A stretch of DNA of 64,000 nt, taken from NCBI RefSeq assembly GCF_006345805.1, contig NC_042999.1, positions 97,960,001 to 98,024,000 of the forward strand. The letters run 5' to 3'. The notes under the pieces are model-generated. The model was not told the origin of the DNA. It made no database searches and was given only the letters and a program-made list of their open reading frames with translations. Source of the DNA: Octopus sinensis. Lineage: Eukaryota. How positions within the stretch are numbered: the first letter of the stretch is position 1; each line of letters starts with the position of its first letter. A program made the position numbers and the translations under genes. Of this stretch, positions 53,575-64,000 are shown one piece after another.

Positions 53575-54466
53575 CAGGGTGTTCAGGCTAAATTCCATTG
53601 TTTGTATACAAGGAAAATATCCCAAATAAATATATTCCATCAAAAATAAAGTATTTAAAAAAAATCAAGAAATATCAACTAGATTATGGCTGAGAGATGA
53701 GAGTTTAATCAAAGTATCTTCCACCTTGACCTTAAGGCGGCTCCAGAACCTGGCGCATGCGTTCCTCACTGTGGTCCCTGGGAAGATCTTCAAACACTTC
53801 CTTTACTTTGGCAACCAGCTCGGCCTTAGTGTTGCAGAGTCGTTTGTTGTCTTTCTCAACCGCACCCCACACATATCTATCCATGGGATTACACTTAAGG
53901 GAATTAGGAGGCCAGAAACTGGGGCTGGTGAAGTTGTAGTAATTCTCTGAGAAACACTTCTGATTCCTTGCCATAACTCTTTCCAGAGGTATGACAAGGA
54001 TCCGAATGCTGCTGCCACACATTTGGCTTTCCAGCAACAACCCTCTCCAATCAGGATTTGACCACAGTCTCCAGCAGTTTGAGCCAAAGACCTTATTCCT
54101 GCAGTTAGTTGAATGAACTCTGGCGTGCTGACGCAGTCAGAATGCTTACTGTGTCCCTTCCTGTTGACCACGGTTTCGTAGTCTTTTTTTGCAGCTGTTC
54201 GAGTCATGTCTTATACCCTTTACAGTGTCCATAGATCATTGAGCAGCAGCCACGATTTCGACATTTTGATAACCGGCGCAAATCCTCATGATACAGGTAA
54301 CTCTTTTCCAATATTCAAATACTTTACAGTCCTTCATGTCAGCTAATTTTTTCTTATCTACAACTTCAATATTCATGCTCTTCAAAACCATTGTCTGTTC
54401 ACCAATACATCATGCTGTTCCTGTAAAAAAGGAGAAAAAAATTGTCAAATTTAGCCCAACTCTCTG
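53575..54466 (-). mobile_element. maT/DD37D-like Tc1-mariner element, internally deleted
   Basis: TA at both ends; diverged TIRs cagggtgttcaggctaaatt and aatttagcccaactctctg; FWPPNSLKCNPMDRYVWGAVE. Confidence 0.85.
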
Positions 54467-55274
54467 TATTTAAGCTAGTGGACTGTGATTTGAAGGATAC
54501 CCTCTTTTTTTAAATGTTTTTGTTTGTTTAGGAAAAGGCAATATCCATGGCCTGTTGCAAGGTCCTCGAGATAGAAGGGGAAGGAGAAAGATGTCCTTAC
54601 ATTGAAGAAACCAGATCTGCAATTTTGCAACAGAGAATAGTCTGTTAAAAGCATCGTTAAGGGTACCAGGCAGTGGTGTTAAACCGGGAGGCGAGTTGTG
54701 TCTACTACTTGTGTAGGCTATTGCGGGATTAGAACGCAGAATGCAAATAGTCAGAACAAATACCGCAAAATCAGCCAATCCGATGTTCTTACGTCTCTGC
54801 TAATCTACCGCTTTGGATTAGTTCTTTTTAATCGACCCCGATGACAGGCAAAATTGATCTCATTTGGATTTGATCTCAGAGGGCAGATGACGGAACAAAT
54901 ACCGTGAAGTATTGTATTTGATGCTCTGTCTGCAAGCGCGAGCGCGTGTGTGGCTGTTGTTTCTAGCAAGTCAACTGACTGCGTACATGCTTTTACAATA
55001 TTATGTGGATACGCGTGACATCGGGGTTAGGGGTGTCGAGCTTACATTAAGTTGTGGATTCGGGCTGTGCATTGTGCTCTTGAGCAACACACTTCATTTC
55101 ACGTAGCTTCAATACACACTACGGTAAATATGATTAATAAATTTTCACTCTACTTACAGTATAGTCCTACCATCAATAGACGTATGCTAATAAGAATTTT
55201 TATTAACTAACACTAAACGTTATTATATATATATCTGTAAATGTAATATGTGACAATTATTCAGTAGCCATGAT

Positions 55275-55560
55275 AAGCTTTGTGACTGGATTTGGTAGAC
55301 GGAAACTGAAAGAAGCCCGTCGTATATATATATATATATATATATGTATTTGTGTGTCGGTGTTTGTTCCCCCACCATCGCTTTACAACCCATGCTGGTG
55401 TGTTTACGTCCCCGTAACTTAGCGGTTCGGCAAAAGAGACCGATAAAATGAGTAGTAGGCTTACAAAGAATAAATCCTGGGATTGATTTGTTCGACTGAA
55501 GGCGGTGCTCCAGTATGACTGCAGTCAAATGACTTAAACAAAAGAATAAATGAGTAAAAG
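55275..55560 (+). mobile_element. SINE family A, 5'-truncated
   Basis: Matches 47190-47500. Confidence 0.85.
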
Positions 55561-55579
55561 AATATCTAGATCTTAATGC

Positions 55580-55660
<81 letters not shown>

Positions 55661-55805
55661 ACGTATGTATGTATTATATATGTATGTATACACACACATA
55701 CACACACACACATACACTCACGCAAACACACGCATGCACACACACATAGATGTGAGTGTATATACGAAAATATTCATTTGCGCATACAAACACATACGCA
55801 TATAT

Positions 55806-55859
<54 letters not shown>

Positions 55860-56769
55860 CCTTATAAATACATGCTCGCATATGTTCACGCACACACTTG
55901 CCCCTCACCTCCACATATTTCTGATCACTCAACTAACTTTGACTAATCAAATCGAATGCGACATAGCGAAATAAACATTCCTCGCTCAGCTGACCTGCCA
56001 TATGTGATGAAACCGTCCACCATTTGTCAATGTATCACGTGACCTGCTTAGCCTACTGAAACGCAGACGATAACCTCCGTCTACTTAATCTTGTAAATAA
56101 TTCGGCCAATAAAACTTCATATTTATGATCCGTGTTCGGTGACTCGGTGTGTCTGTCCGTTTGTCTGCCTCTATTTTATTTTTCATTTCTTATTTATTTG
56201 TTCAGTGGAATTTCCAGTTCTTAATCAAATATCATCGATGAAATAAAGAATGAGTGAGTGATTGAGCGAATGACAGGCTGAATATAAAATAACAAAACAA
56301 ACAAACTAACAAATAAATAAATTGTCAATATGAAACTATCTCATAACCAGGCGACCATGTTTGATTTGAAAATACACCACACACACACACACACACACAT
56401 ACACACACACACGCACAGAGGCAAACATATACACATGTATCCTCCCCGATTTTTATTTTTACTTTTGTTGTTTAATCTCATTCGTGCTCATCCCATTTCT
56501 TTTTTAAAGATATAGTAAACCTAGGACTAAATTATCCAATGGTTCCTTTTTCTTGTGTTGTTTTTTGAAAATATATTGAAAGTCAAGGGTGTGATTTAAG
56601 AGAGAATTGGAGGCTAATTCTCGTAGGCCAAGCTACCTGATAGAGGTTAACGCACTGTGATAGAATTGATTGTGTTTAACTGTATTCTTATAAATAAGAA
56701 TGGCCGAGAAGAAAAAGTTCCTTGAGACGTCTGCTGCATGAAAACTCAGTAGCTAAGTTGGCATTAGTC

Positions 56770-59300
56770 TACTTGATGTAGCGTTTTGGGTTCAAATCAC
56801 ATCGCGGTCGACTTAATCTTTCATTCTTTCAGGGTCAGGGAAAAAAAAAAAAGCAATCATGTTCTGGAGTAATTGGTATCGTCTAAATTTCCCCCCAACG
56901 AAACTGCTGGCCCTGTGCCTAAATCAGAGACAATTATTTAAAGACAGGAGTTGGCAGAAATATAAAAGGTATTTTAAAATCCCGCGCACTATTTATTCGG
57001 CCCTTTAAGTTCTGATTTCGAATCCTGCCGAGGTCAACTTTGCCTTTCAACCTTCTGGGGTCATGAAATAAAATATCGCTCAAGTACTGGTATCGACTTA
57101 CCACTCCTTTCAAAATTGCCGGCGTTGAGCCAATTACCAGAAACAATTAATTCCCCTCCTTCTCCTCCTTTCCATGTTACTACTACTACTACTACTACTG
57201 CTGCTAAAGCGAGCAGTGGTAGTTTTGCAGAAAATCAGTCTTGAAGGATTTGAATTCATAGCCTAAATGGATGAAGTCAATTTTTCTTTCTTTTGCAAGT
57301 TCGACTTTACCTTTTACCCTTATGGAGAGTGGGGGGTATCAATAGACTAAGATGTGCGTCAGAAACTGGAGAGTAACGGTGTGTATGTGGGCGTCAATCT
57401 CAGTCGACTAATACCCTCAGCTAAAATGTGTACCTTGGAACGTCAGAAGAATGTCCTGTGGAATTTACTCCAGCTTTATAAGTTCTGGGTTCAAATCCTG
57501 CTAAAGTTAACTTTGTTTTTCATTTTTCGGACCCGATAAAATAAAGTAACAGTCAAGAACGGGGGTTGATGGTGTCGGCTTATGCTTAAATCAGAAATCA
57601 TTATTATAAAAAAAGGCAGTACGTTGTAGAATGGATGGAATAACGGTCAAGTTGCATAGTGATATCTAGTTACATCCTTTTACATTATGCTATCGAAGGA
57701 TACTGAAGATGACCTTATGTGGTCGCTAAATCTGCTAGAAATAGCAAATATATCTTCCCCAAATCACGTTCCGCTGTATTAAAGAAAAGGATATATTAAA
57801 TAATGGAGACCTGGATAACCCACTGCACATAGCTCTGTAGTGTGATCAGGGCTGTCAAGCCTTTGACTATAGGTTTGCTCTGTCGTGATTGCCCCGGGTT
57901 AAAATAACAAACAGCCACAACAACAATCAGTCTTTAACTTATGAAATTCCACCGGGTTTAACAATACTTTGCCTCCTTTCGAATATCAATGGAATAATAT
58001 TGGTCTCAAATTTTGGCATAAGGCCAGCAATTTCGTGGGAGCGGGTAAGTCTATTACGTCGACCCCAGTGCTTAACTGCTGCTTATTTTATCGACCCCGA
58101 AAGGGTGAAAGGCAAAGTCGACATCAGCGGAATTTAAACCCAGGACGTAAAGACGGATGAAATGCCATTAAGCATTTTGCTCGGCGTGCTAGCGATACTG
58201 CCAGCTCGCCACCTTAATAAGTGCTAATGTTTACAGTGGGGTTAAGGCGGGGAGCTGGCAGAAACGTTAGCACGCCAGGGAAAATGCTTAGCGACATTTC
58301 GTCTGTCTTTACGTCCTGAGTTCAAATTCCGCCGGGGTCGACTTTGCCTTTCATCCTTTCGAGCACTGGAATCGATGTAATTGACTTACTCACTTCAGCG
58401 AAATCGAGGTCGATAAAATGAATGTCAGTTGAGTATCGGGGTCGATGTAATCGACTTACTTACTCCCCGAAATTGCTGGACGTCTACCGAAATTTGAAAT
58501 CAATATTGATAGTGAAGTCAGTCTTATCGACTTCACGTATCCTATCCAAGTCGTGGCTTTATCTCTGAACTGATTATCACGAATACCGGGAATCGAATAT
58601 ATCGTTTGTACACAACCTCTCACTAAATTTCTAGTATATATTATTTATTGCTGGTACTTATTAAATGTACTTATTTTTGACAGCGGGAAAAGATCAACTC
58701 CGGCGCAATTTGAACCCAGCATGTAAACATATGAAATACTGCAAAGCATTTTGTTTGACGATCTAGTGAGTCTATAACCACCCATCCATGTAATGATATA
58801 TTATAATACACAGGTAATAATGTATGGTGGCACTTGATAATAACATACACTATAGGAATAATAATAATAATGGTTTCAAATTTTGGCACGAGGCCAGCAA
58901 TTCTATGGAAAGGAGTAAGTCGATTACATCTATCCTCGTGCTCAACTAGTACTTATGATACCGACCTCAATAGGAAGAAAAGCAAAATCGACCCCGGCTA
59001 AGCATTTTTCCCGGTGTGCTAACAGTTCTGCCAGCTTGTCGCATTAAGGTGTAATTATAATAATATTGGCTTCTAACATATTTAGACTTATCCCCTAATA
59101 TACATATAATAATAATAAATAATATAATAAAGCGGCAATAATTATTTCTAACATAGATACATGGTCAGAAATTTAGTAGGATGAGGATAGACGGTTATAT
59201 CGATCCCGAGTACTTGAGTCATATATTATTTATCATTCTTGGAAGGATGAAAGACAAAGTCGACCACAATGTGATTTGAACCCAAAACATATTCGGCCGT
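56770..59300. mobile_element. Cluster of SINE family B copies
   Basis: Copies near 56770-56930(+), 57000-57145(+), 57470-57600(+), 58001-58216(-), 58243-58502(+), 58660-58770(-), 58871-59046(-) and 59145-59300(-). Confidence 0.8.
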
Positions 59301-59329
59301 AACTAATTGCCATTTACTACATGCTCTTG

Positions 59330-59500
59330 CTAAAAGAACTTCCCAGAAACATACTTGACACCAACATTAACATCCGTCTGTACAAGACTATCATCGTACT
59401 AACATAGTATAAATGCTAGGAAAACGTGGAAGTAAAATGCGAAAATCACCAAAATATTGAAAACCTTTTATCAAAGATGCTTGAAAAGACTCCTGAGAAA
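59330..59500 (+). mobile_element. RTE-like LINE fragment
   Basis: NIRLYKTIIV...KTFYQRCLKRLLR. Confidence 0.6.
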
Positions 59501-60109
59501 TGATATAAGATGCTATTTTAAAATAAAATACAAGTATGTATAACATAATATGTGTTTTATATAGCTATCGTGATTCTTCCACGATGTAATTGTTTCAGTT
59601 TTAATGTAGTCTCTCAGATGAAGTCAATATTATGTTTTTTTAGTTATATATATTTTCTTATTATTTAGTTTGTGGAGAAGAGGCCTCAATCCTAACATTT
59701 TGCATCTAGTGATGAGGTTGATGAATTTGATGTTTGTGCATCAGTCTGCTATATATTGATGTTTATAAATAAAATGTATTCAGAGGAGAAATTCTAGGAA
59801 ATTGCACTTTGAAGAGGGGAGGATTAGGTAATATTTTTAAGGGCGTGATTTGATGCAGCGTGAGACACAGTAGCAATGATGGGAGAAAGGAAGGTGAGAG
59901 TATCGGTTGGGCTTGGAGGAAGGTGATAGGCGGCTTCTTCGTTCAGAGCATCAGAAGCCGTTATAGTTACGGAAAAGGAGGCATACACTGAAGAAACAGT
60001 ACATCGTAGCATGTTGATGATTCGGGCTTTACCAATCAGTCGGAGTCCTTTTTTAAAGAAGGACGTGGTCTAGTATGATAGCGTGTGTAGCAGTATTATT
60101 CTAAATTCG

Positions 60110-60385
60110 GACTCCGTCGGTTACGACGACCAAAGTTCCAGTTGAGCTGGTCAACAGAATAACCTGCTCGTGAAGTTAATGCGCAAATGTCTGAGCAATC
60201 CACAGATACGTGTACACTTAATGTAGTTCTCAGAGAAATTTGGTGTGACAGAATGTGACAAGGCTGGCCCTTTGAAATATAGGTACTTCTCATTTTTGTC
60301 AGATGTGCGGACTGTAACAAGGTGAAATAAAGCGTTTTGCTTAAAGACACAAAGCGCCGCTGAGAATCGAACTCATGACCATTCC
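60110..60385 (-). mobile_element. SINE with family D body and family C tail
   Basis: 60110-60285 matches 8258-8415; 60285-60350 matches 52155-52225. Confidence 0.7.
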
Positions 60386-60580
60386 AGATATACGGACGGT
60401 GCTCCAGGTATCTGGGATCTCGTTCAGAGAAGCTGTTGTTTCATCAGAGGAGACAGGAATAAAATTGAGGCTACACAGTACTTTCATTAGCTGGATGTCT
60501 GTAGTCACCATTTACAAAATAACAAAATTTATATATATTTTTATTACCCACAAAGGGCCAAACAAGGACAGACAAACAGA

Positions 60581-60752
60581 TTAAGTCGATTACATCGACC
60601 CCAGTGCGTAACTGGTACTTAATTTATCGACCCCAAAAGGATGAAAGGCAAAGTCGACCTCGGCGGAATTAGAACTCGGAACATAACGGCAGACGAAATA
60701 CGGCTACGCATTTCGTCCGGCGTGCTAACGTTTCTGCCAACTCGCCGCCCTT
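60581..60752 (-). mobile_element. SINE family B
   Basis: Well-preserved copy. Confidence 0.85.
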
Positions 60753-61777
60753 AAAATAACACAATTTATATATAATTAAATAAATTAATCGATCAATTTA
60801 TAATTTGTTTATTAAATAAATCTCTATATCAAAAAGAAATTATTTCTGTAGATTTCAAGTGTCTTGACTCTAACTGAATTCGTTAACTTTTCGAGGGTAC
60901 TCGTAAAATATGTAGTTTTTTTTAAGTGGGGTGCTTCGTGGTTTACTTGAAACGAATGTCATGAATCTTTTTAAAGGAGTGCGTACTGAGATTTTCTATG
61001 GGTATTGTCATTTTTCAAGGGGATGTACTTTAAACTTTATGTAATATATTTTCATTACAAGTCGGGGGGGATAACTGTGGAGTGTGTATGTGTGTTACGA
61101 GGGTAGGGGTGACGCTGCTCTCTTTAACGTCACAATATTGTTGATGTACATTTGTCTGAACAGTTGCTGTTGTTAATATCGTTGCTGTTATTATTTATCG
61201 TGTCGCTGGTGGCAAAGCGGTGGTGATGAAGAGGTATAAGGAAGGTAATGGACTCGTAAGAAATATTACCATAAACACTACTTTCTCCGCCACTTTCATA
61301 TCATACCCTTTCACCTCGATTTCGCCGAATATTCTAATGAGCAGCGAAGTGTTTCGCTTTACAGCTGCTTTCACGCAACAAAGGACTTTCTGTTCCTACA
61401 CATTAAAAATTCTGCCTCTCTGCTCCTCAGTCTGCCTATTTTCCCATCCATCCATCCATCCATCCATCCATCCATCCATCCATTCGTATGCTTCTTGCTC
61501 TATCTCTCTGTCTGTATGTTTCTATTTCAGTCAACCCATTTAACCATCAGTCAGTTTTCTACTTGTATGTATGTTGACTTTTTGTCTACCAACGTATGTA
61601 TGTATGTATGTATGTATGTATGTATGTATGTATGTATGTATGTATGTATGTATGTATGTATGTATGTATGTCATTCAGTTTATTTCAAGATTTCTTGCCA
61701 ATAGAGAAAGAACCGGTCTCTAACCTACATCCAAGGTTCCTTCATTGGAATTTCAACATCAACAACAGGGTATTTTT

Positions 61778-62394
61778 CAGTTCTATATTTAAAAGATGAG
61801 GAATTATGTACATTATTTACATTATTTACATTCGACGGTTATTTGTCTTCATCTTGTTTGTTGTTAACACAACGTTTCGGCTGATATAACCTCCAGCCTT
61901 CTTCAGGTGTTCTGATGTCATATGGGCCGCATAGCTTTTGTATCTTTTCGGAGAGGCCTTTCACATTGGGTAGACAGACTGTGGACAGTTTATTGGCCTC
62001 ATCCTCTCTCTTCTTCATAATTTGAGTGGATAGTATACTTTTGGGGTAGTTGTTGCTTAAAAGATCGTTATTGAGTTTGATCATTACTTTGTGGTGTGTA
62101 CCACGATCGCTACTTATATTCTTTGCACGATGTTTTAGGCACTGAGCAATCTTTCTCTTTACACTGAATGGATGGTGGGAATTGAAGTTGAGGTATCGTC
62201 TAATAAAGGTCGGCTGGCGCTATACGGATGTCCTGAATCCATACTTGGTGCGTGTTTATTGAGGTCACATGATCTAACAGCACTTGGACATCTCCCTGTG
62301 GGGCCAGAGTATAAAGGTGTCAACATATCGCAGCTATAGGGTTGGTTTTAGTGGTGTTGATCCTGAAGCCAAATTCCATCGAATGTAAATAATG
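61778..62394 (-). mobile_element. Penelope (Poseidon-like) deleted copy with 14-bp TSD
   Basis: aacagggtattttt at 61764-61777 and 62395-62408; LRYVD, YLNFNSHHP, VCLPNVKGLSEKI; 19-bp inverted end (62376-62394 vs 61820-61838). Confidence 0.9.
61866..61911 (-). ncRNA. Minimal type I hammerhead ribozyme motif, canonical core
   Basis: AACAC-CTGAAGA-a-GGCTGg aggttata tCAGCC-GAAAC-GTT-GTGTT; perfect stem I, 6-bp stem II, palindromic AACGTT. Confidence 0.85.
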
Positions 62395-63025
62395 AACAGG
62401 GTATTTTTGTGTGTGTGGTATGTATGTATGTATGTATGTATGTATGTATGTATGTATGTATGTATGTATGTATGTGCAGACTTTTTTTTTTTATGCATGT
62501 ATTCTTATGCATATAGTTACATATCTAGATATGCTCATATATATTTAAATGATAAACTTCTGGAAAGTTTTACAGATTTTTACAGTTCCAGTGATGGATT
62601 GAATCTGTAGTCTTCGAATTAGCTTTCTCCTTTCTTGTTTTTGAGAAACCTAATTTCTGTAGATTGGTATTTAGACAGTGTGTTACATATCTCAGAGCCC
62701 CAATAATTACAGGTATAAACCTGAACATGTAATTTGGGTAGAGTAACTGCAGATTTCTCAATAGTTCAGCATAGCTGCCCTTTTTTTCATTGATCTTCAG
62801 CTTTATGTTAACACCCGCTAGGCAGTTAATTTCTACAACTGTGCGCAGTTTCTCTTCTCAATCCCAAATCATTATATCAGGTCTGTTGTGCTTACATTTT
62901 TATTGATGTATGTATGTATGTATGTATGTATGTATGTATGTATGTATGTATGTATGTATGTATGTATGTTTGTATATGTATGTATGTATGTATGTGCGTA
63001 TGTATGTATGCATGTGCGTATGTAT

Positions 63026-63320
63026 GCAATTTTCTTCGAGTTTTGTTTAAGTTCTTCTTAAGAGGGTCCAAGCTAGATGCTAACAAAGCGACAAGACTTT
63101 TTGAGTGAAGAGAGTTCCTGGTGTTTGTGAATATGTGGTTGAGTTTGTGTATTGGTTGAACTGTCGATGCACTCACCCAAGCGAGTGCATCTATTCCTCT
63201 AATGAATCTCAGATGGAGAATCTTTGGAATGCCTTACAAATCTTCACGGTGTCGCTAATATATTGGATTTGGAGAATCCCAGTCAGTTTCTTTTTCTCTT
63301 TCTTCGGAAAGATTTTGTAC
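63026..63320 (-). mobile_element. R4/Dong-like 3' end (subfamily 2)
   Basis: LTGILQIQYISDTVKICKAFQRFSI* plus a 3' UTR homologous to 32860-33126, running into (CATA)n. Confidence 0.75.
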
Positions 63321-63335
63321 GTATATAACCTAATA

Positions 63336-63624
63336 CAGTGCTCCTCAAATTATCTAATTTTTTTCCAGTGAGCCAGAGACCGGTAATATTTCTTAGTAAT
63401 ATTAATTTATACCGGAAGCAATATATATATATAATGAATATAATAAAAGTTGACAATTTTTTAATCTTATATTTTGTAAACAAATACAATATTACATAAG
63501 CACTTTATAAGTATTTTATAAGCATTTAAAATGTTTCTTTCTTTTCTGGAAATTCGCCGCGTACCGGCAGCTGATGGCTCGCGGTCCGACACCGGTCCGC
63601 GGACCACCACTTTGAGTAGCACTA
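63336..63624. mobile_element. hAT/Charlie-type MITE
   Basis: TIRs cagtgctcctcaaa and tttgagtagcacta; 8-bp flanks acctaata and gcctaatg (6/8). Confidence 0.7.
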
Positions 63625-63881
63625 GCCTAATGCACTTATAATGATAGGTACAAATGAAAATTTACAGTCAGGGTAAAAAAAAAACTGTAAGTTCCACATT
63701 AATTCACCATAAAGGTTCTCCTTTTCTTGTACGTTGATATCGTTGGGTATGGATGTATGTATATTATAGCTTTATTTTCATAATTTATATCTCACCAATA
63801 GAGAAACAGCTGGTGCCCAACCCAGTAATAAAGCCTCTTTGTTAGAATTGGGACAAATTTCCCACGAATATATAGCCGTTG

Positions 63882-64000
63882 AAAGGCGGTGAGCTGGCAG
63901 AATCGTTAGCACGCCGGGAAGAATGCTTAGCGGCATTTCGTCCGTCTTTACGTTCTGAGTTCAAATTCCGCTTAGGTCGACTTTGCCTTTCACCCTTTCG
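63882..64000 (+). mobile_element. SINE family B, cut by the window end
   Basis: aaggcggtgagctggcagaatcgttagcacgccgg... Confidence 0.85.

Larger units (their letters stand above)
61670..62905 (-). mobile_element. R4/Dong-like 3' fragment (subfamily 1) in (TATG)n, interrupted by a Penelope insertion
   Basis: Minus strand KHNRPDIMIWD, LRNLQLLYPNYMFRFIPVIIGAL, ITGTVKICKTFQKFII*; the 3' UTR resumes at 61777-61670; both ends abut (CATA)n. Confidence 0.85.

Overview
This is AT-rich eukaryotic intergenic or intronic DNA, almost entirely microsatellites and transposon debris. The SINE families and the (TA)n/(CA)n/(CATA)n density suggest a coleoid cephalopod such as Octopus (inference). No host gene can be named; there are two weak exon candidates. 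Nearly all ORFs in the supplied track are translations of simple repeats. Recognisable elements: Penelope-like retroelements of the Neptune, Naiad and Poseidon types with pseudo-LTR remnants; R4/Dong-type restriction-like-endonuclease (RLE) LINE fragments; Tx1-, RTE- and CR1-like LINE pieces; mariner/Tc1/maT fossils; piggyBac, hAT, Tigger and Helitron non-autonomous elements; and at least five SINE-like families. Two patterns stand out. (1) R4/Dong-like pieces are stacked head-to-tail, in one orientation, inside (CATA)n arrays, which suggests a tetranucleotide-microsatellite-targeting retrotransposon. (2) About eight minimal type I hammerhead-ribozyme-like motifs with variant cores, including compensatory U3:A8, lie in Penelope remnants, several inside near-perfect fold-back palindromes in (TA)n. 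All alignments and folds were done by eye and family names come from recalled motifs, so they need database confirmation.
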